The notes under the pieces: model-generated
What the model saw: the letters and a program-made list of their open reading frames with translations, nothing else
What the model was told of the DNA's origin: nothing
Databases searched by the model: none
NCBI GenBank assembly: GCA_045639725.1
Contig: JAZUDR010000328.1
Coordinates: 1-52,257, forward strand
Length of the DNA stretch: 52,257 bases
From: Candidatus Avigastranaerophilus sp.
Lineage (GTDB): Bacteria > Muiribacteriota > Ozemobacteria > Ozemobacterales > Ozemobacteraceae
Reading direction: 5' to 3'
Shown here: piece after piece, positions 50,818-52,257 of the stretch
Layout: every line of letters begins with the position of its first letter
Numbering within the stretch: the stretch's first letter is position 1
Made by a program: the position numbers and the translations under genes

Positions 50818-51858
50818 ATGGATGTGAAAAAGTTAATTGAAAAAGTTGTTACATTAGGCGGTAATGAATTACATCTTAAGATTGGTTCTCAGCCTCTTAT
50901 CCGAAAGAATAATAATTTGACTGCCATGGATATGCCAGCTTTGATTGAAGCAGACATGACAAGTCTTATTGAAGATCTCTTGACTTCAGATGAAGCTGCA
51001 AAATTCAGTAAGACTGGTGTTTTTGAAGCAAATCATTTTGGTCAGCCACCCTGCAATTTCAGGCTTTCATTATTCCATTCTCAGCAGAAGCCAGTTGCTT
51101 ATATAAAGCTGATAAAATCTGAAATTCCTACAGTAGAAGAAATTGGTTTCCCAACAAGCGTTTCCAACCTGCTGAGTTCACCAAAGGGATTGATGATTCT
51201 TACAGGTCCGTCCCGTTCCGGAATTTCTACCTCAATGGCTGCTTTGGTAGAACATATGAACGCAAAATACAAGAGACATATTCTTGTAATAGAAGACCCG
51301 ATTCAGTATTACTATGAACCGAAGGAATGCATTATTTCCCAGCGTCAGTTCTCAAAGGATATTTTCATGGTCGAACAGGGGATTAACTTTGCAAAGCGCA
51401 TGGATGTTGATGCTCTTGTTATTGGTGACCTCAAACGTGATATTCCTTTTAAGAATGTAATGGAATATGTTGCCGGTGGTAATCTGGTAGTGCTCTGTAT
51501 GCAGACCCTCGGTGCCGTTGCTGCTCTTGAAAAGATTGTATATTCATTCCCAGAAAACTATAGAGATTTTGTAAATCAGGTTCTTACCGAAAACCTGCTT
51601 GCAGTCTGCTCTCAGACATTGATTACCAATTCATCTGGAGTAAATGTTCCGATACACGAAGTATTCATTCCTAATAAGAACACTGAAAATATTACTCAAT
51701 ACGGTAAGTATCAGCAGCTTGAAGGTAATATAAGCACTGCTGGTGCAGGTAGCAGATTGTTTAGGGATGAACTCAAGGATAAGATTGCTGCCGGTAAGCT
51801 TGATAAAGCTTCTGCAGACGTTTTCTTCGAAGCTTATAAAGGCACTAGATTGCAATAA
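50818..51858 (+). CDS. PilT-family protein with degenerate catalytic motifs (copy 4, 346 aa)
   Basis: GNELHL N-terminal block. GPSRSGISTS (P-loop Lys to Ile), VIEDPIQY retained, ALVIGDLKRD (Glu to Asp) and LCMQTLGA (His to Gln). AGAGGTGA Shine-Dalgarno sequence; start lies 11 nt after copy 3. Confidence 0.75.
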   Translation: MDVKKLIEKVVTLGGNELHLKIGSQPLIRKNNNLTAMDMPALIEADMTSLIEDLLTSDEAAKFSKTGVFEANHFGQPPCNFRLSLFHSQQKPVAYIKLIKSEIPTVEEIGFPTSVSNLLSSPKGLMILTGPSRSGISTSMAALVEHMNAKYKRHILVIEDPIQYYYEPKECIISQRQFSKDIFMVEQGINFAKRMDVDALVIGDLKRDIPFKNVMEYVAGGNLVVLCMQTLGAVAALEKIVYSFPENYRDFVNQVLTENLLAVCSQTLITNSSGVNVPIHEVFIPNKNTENITQYGKYQQLEGNISTAGAGSRLFRDELKDKIAAGKLDKASADVFFEAYKGTRLQ

Positions 51859-51860
51859 AA

Positions 51861-52042
51861 TAAAGCTCTAAGCTATAAGCCTAAAGCTTGCAGCTTAAAG
51901 CTTAAAGCCTAAAGCCTAAAGCCTAAAGCTTAAAGCCTAAAGCATAGAGCCTAAAGCTTAAAGCTTAGAGCCTAAAGCTTATAGCTTATAGCTTATAGCC
52001 TAGAGCTTAGAGCTTAGAGCTTATAGCTTATAGCTTATAGCT
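51861..52042. repeat. Heptanucleotide tandem array D: T(A/G/C)NAGC(T/C/A) x26
   Basis: Counted unit by unit. There are 26 units in unbroken phase (TAAAGCT, TAAAGCC, TAGAGCC/T, TATAGCT/C, one each of CTAAGCT, ATAAGCC, TGCAGCT and TAAAGCA). The array begins 3 nt after the pilT-4 stop. Its last base is the first base of the recN-like stop codon complement. Confidence 0.95.
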
Positions 52043-52248
52043 TAATTAGTAAGTAACGAACGGGCGAAGGTTAAGCCGTCTTTATCTGTTCGGCCAAGCA
52101 TTCTTGCGATTTCTTCGACACGTTCATCGCCTTCGACACGGTTAATATGAACTTCGGTCTGGTCACCGTTAACAGTTTTGGTAACAGTGAAATGATGAGT
52201 TCCTTCTTTGGCAATCTGGTGAAGATGAGTTACCAATAAAACCTGTTT
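52042..52248 (-). CDS. recN: RecN C-terminal fragment (68 codons), bounded upstream by an in-frame TAA 9 nt from the window edge
   Basis: KQVLLVTHLHQIAKEGTHHFTVTK ... ERVEEIARMLGRTD ... ARSLL matches the RecN C-terminal QV(L/I)xVTHLPQ(V/I)A ... E(I/L)ARMLGG region. The frame contains TAA at 52249..52251 (minus strand), so the gene may be disrupted. See findings. Confidence 0.6.
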   Translation of the reverse strand, partial: KQVLLVTHLHQIAKEGTHHFTVTKTVNGDQTEVHINRVEGDERVEEIARMLGRTDKDGLTFARSLLTN

Positions 52249-52257
52249 TTAAGTCGG

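Noticed and set aside
1-52257. Whether the tandem arrays (1..244, 35817..36075, 51861..52042) could be CRISPR arrays, and whether the window holds a defence island, prophage or mobile element.
   Set aside because: The arrays have a 7-bp period with no unique spacers and no cas genes. I found no integrase, transposase, recombinase, restriction-modification, toxin-antitoxin or phage structural signatures in any of the translated ORFs.

Overview
This is a 52.3-kb chromosomal window from an AT-rich bacterium (roughly 40% GC by eye, not computed). An ExbB-ExbD-TonB set and type IV/type II pseudopilins indicate a diderm. I cannot assign a taxon from sequence alone. I support about 50 protein genes, one tRNA-Val(GAC), six textbook rho-independent terminators and a set of extended -10 promoters. 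The genes are tightly packed, with many ATGA/TAATG start-stop overlaps. I found no rRNA, CRISPR, transposase, integrase or phage genes, and no recognisable defence genes.

Housekeeping content:
- trmJ
- the apbE / NusG_II / Gx-transporter / maf / coaD chain
- nifS-nifU
- an M23 peptidase
- aroK and mazG
- exbB-exbD-tonB
- recD2, recG, rsmD, and a recN 3' fragment at the window edge

Unusual content:
1. Four PilT-family ATPase genes sit in tandem. Two are canonical and two have lost catalytic motifs. They are interleaved with and flanked by two paralogous HEAT+TPR proteins.
2. Two translationally coupled 4-TM HAMP class III cyclases have complementary half-sites. One keeps only the metal-binding Asp pair. 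The other keeps only the Lys/Thr/Asn/Arg set. This predicts an obligate C1/C2-like heterodimer.
3. A family of strictly 7-bp-periodic intergenic tandem arrays, all built around an AGC core, starts within 0-3 nt of stop codons. They occupy the positions where other operons in the window carry hairpin terminators.
4. An orphan minor-pseudopilin module lies next to two secreted Ig-like paralogues and a membrane-anchored TPR protein.
5. A TGnTAnnnT-N6-ATG geometry recurs at five gene starts and suggests leaderless mRNAs.
6. A glycine-zipper membrane protein precedes an 866-aa ankyrin-repeat protein.

All family calls come from motif reading by eye. No database search was possible.
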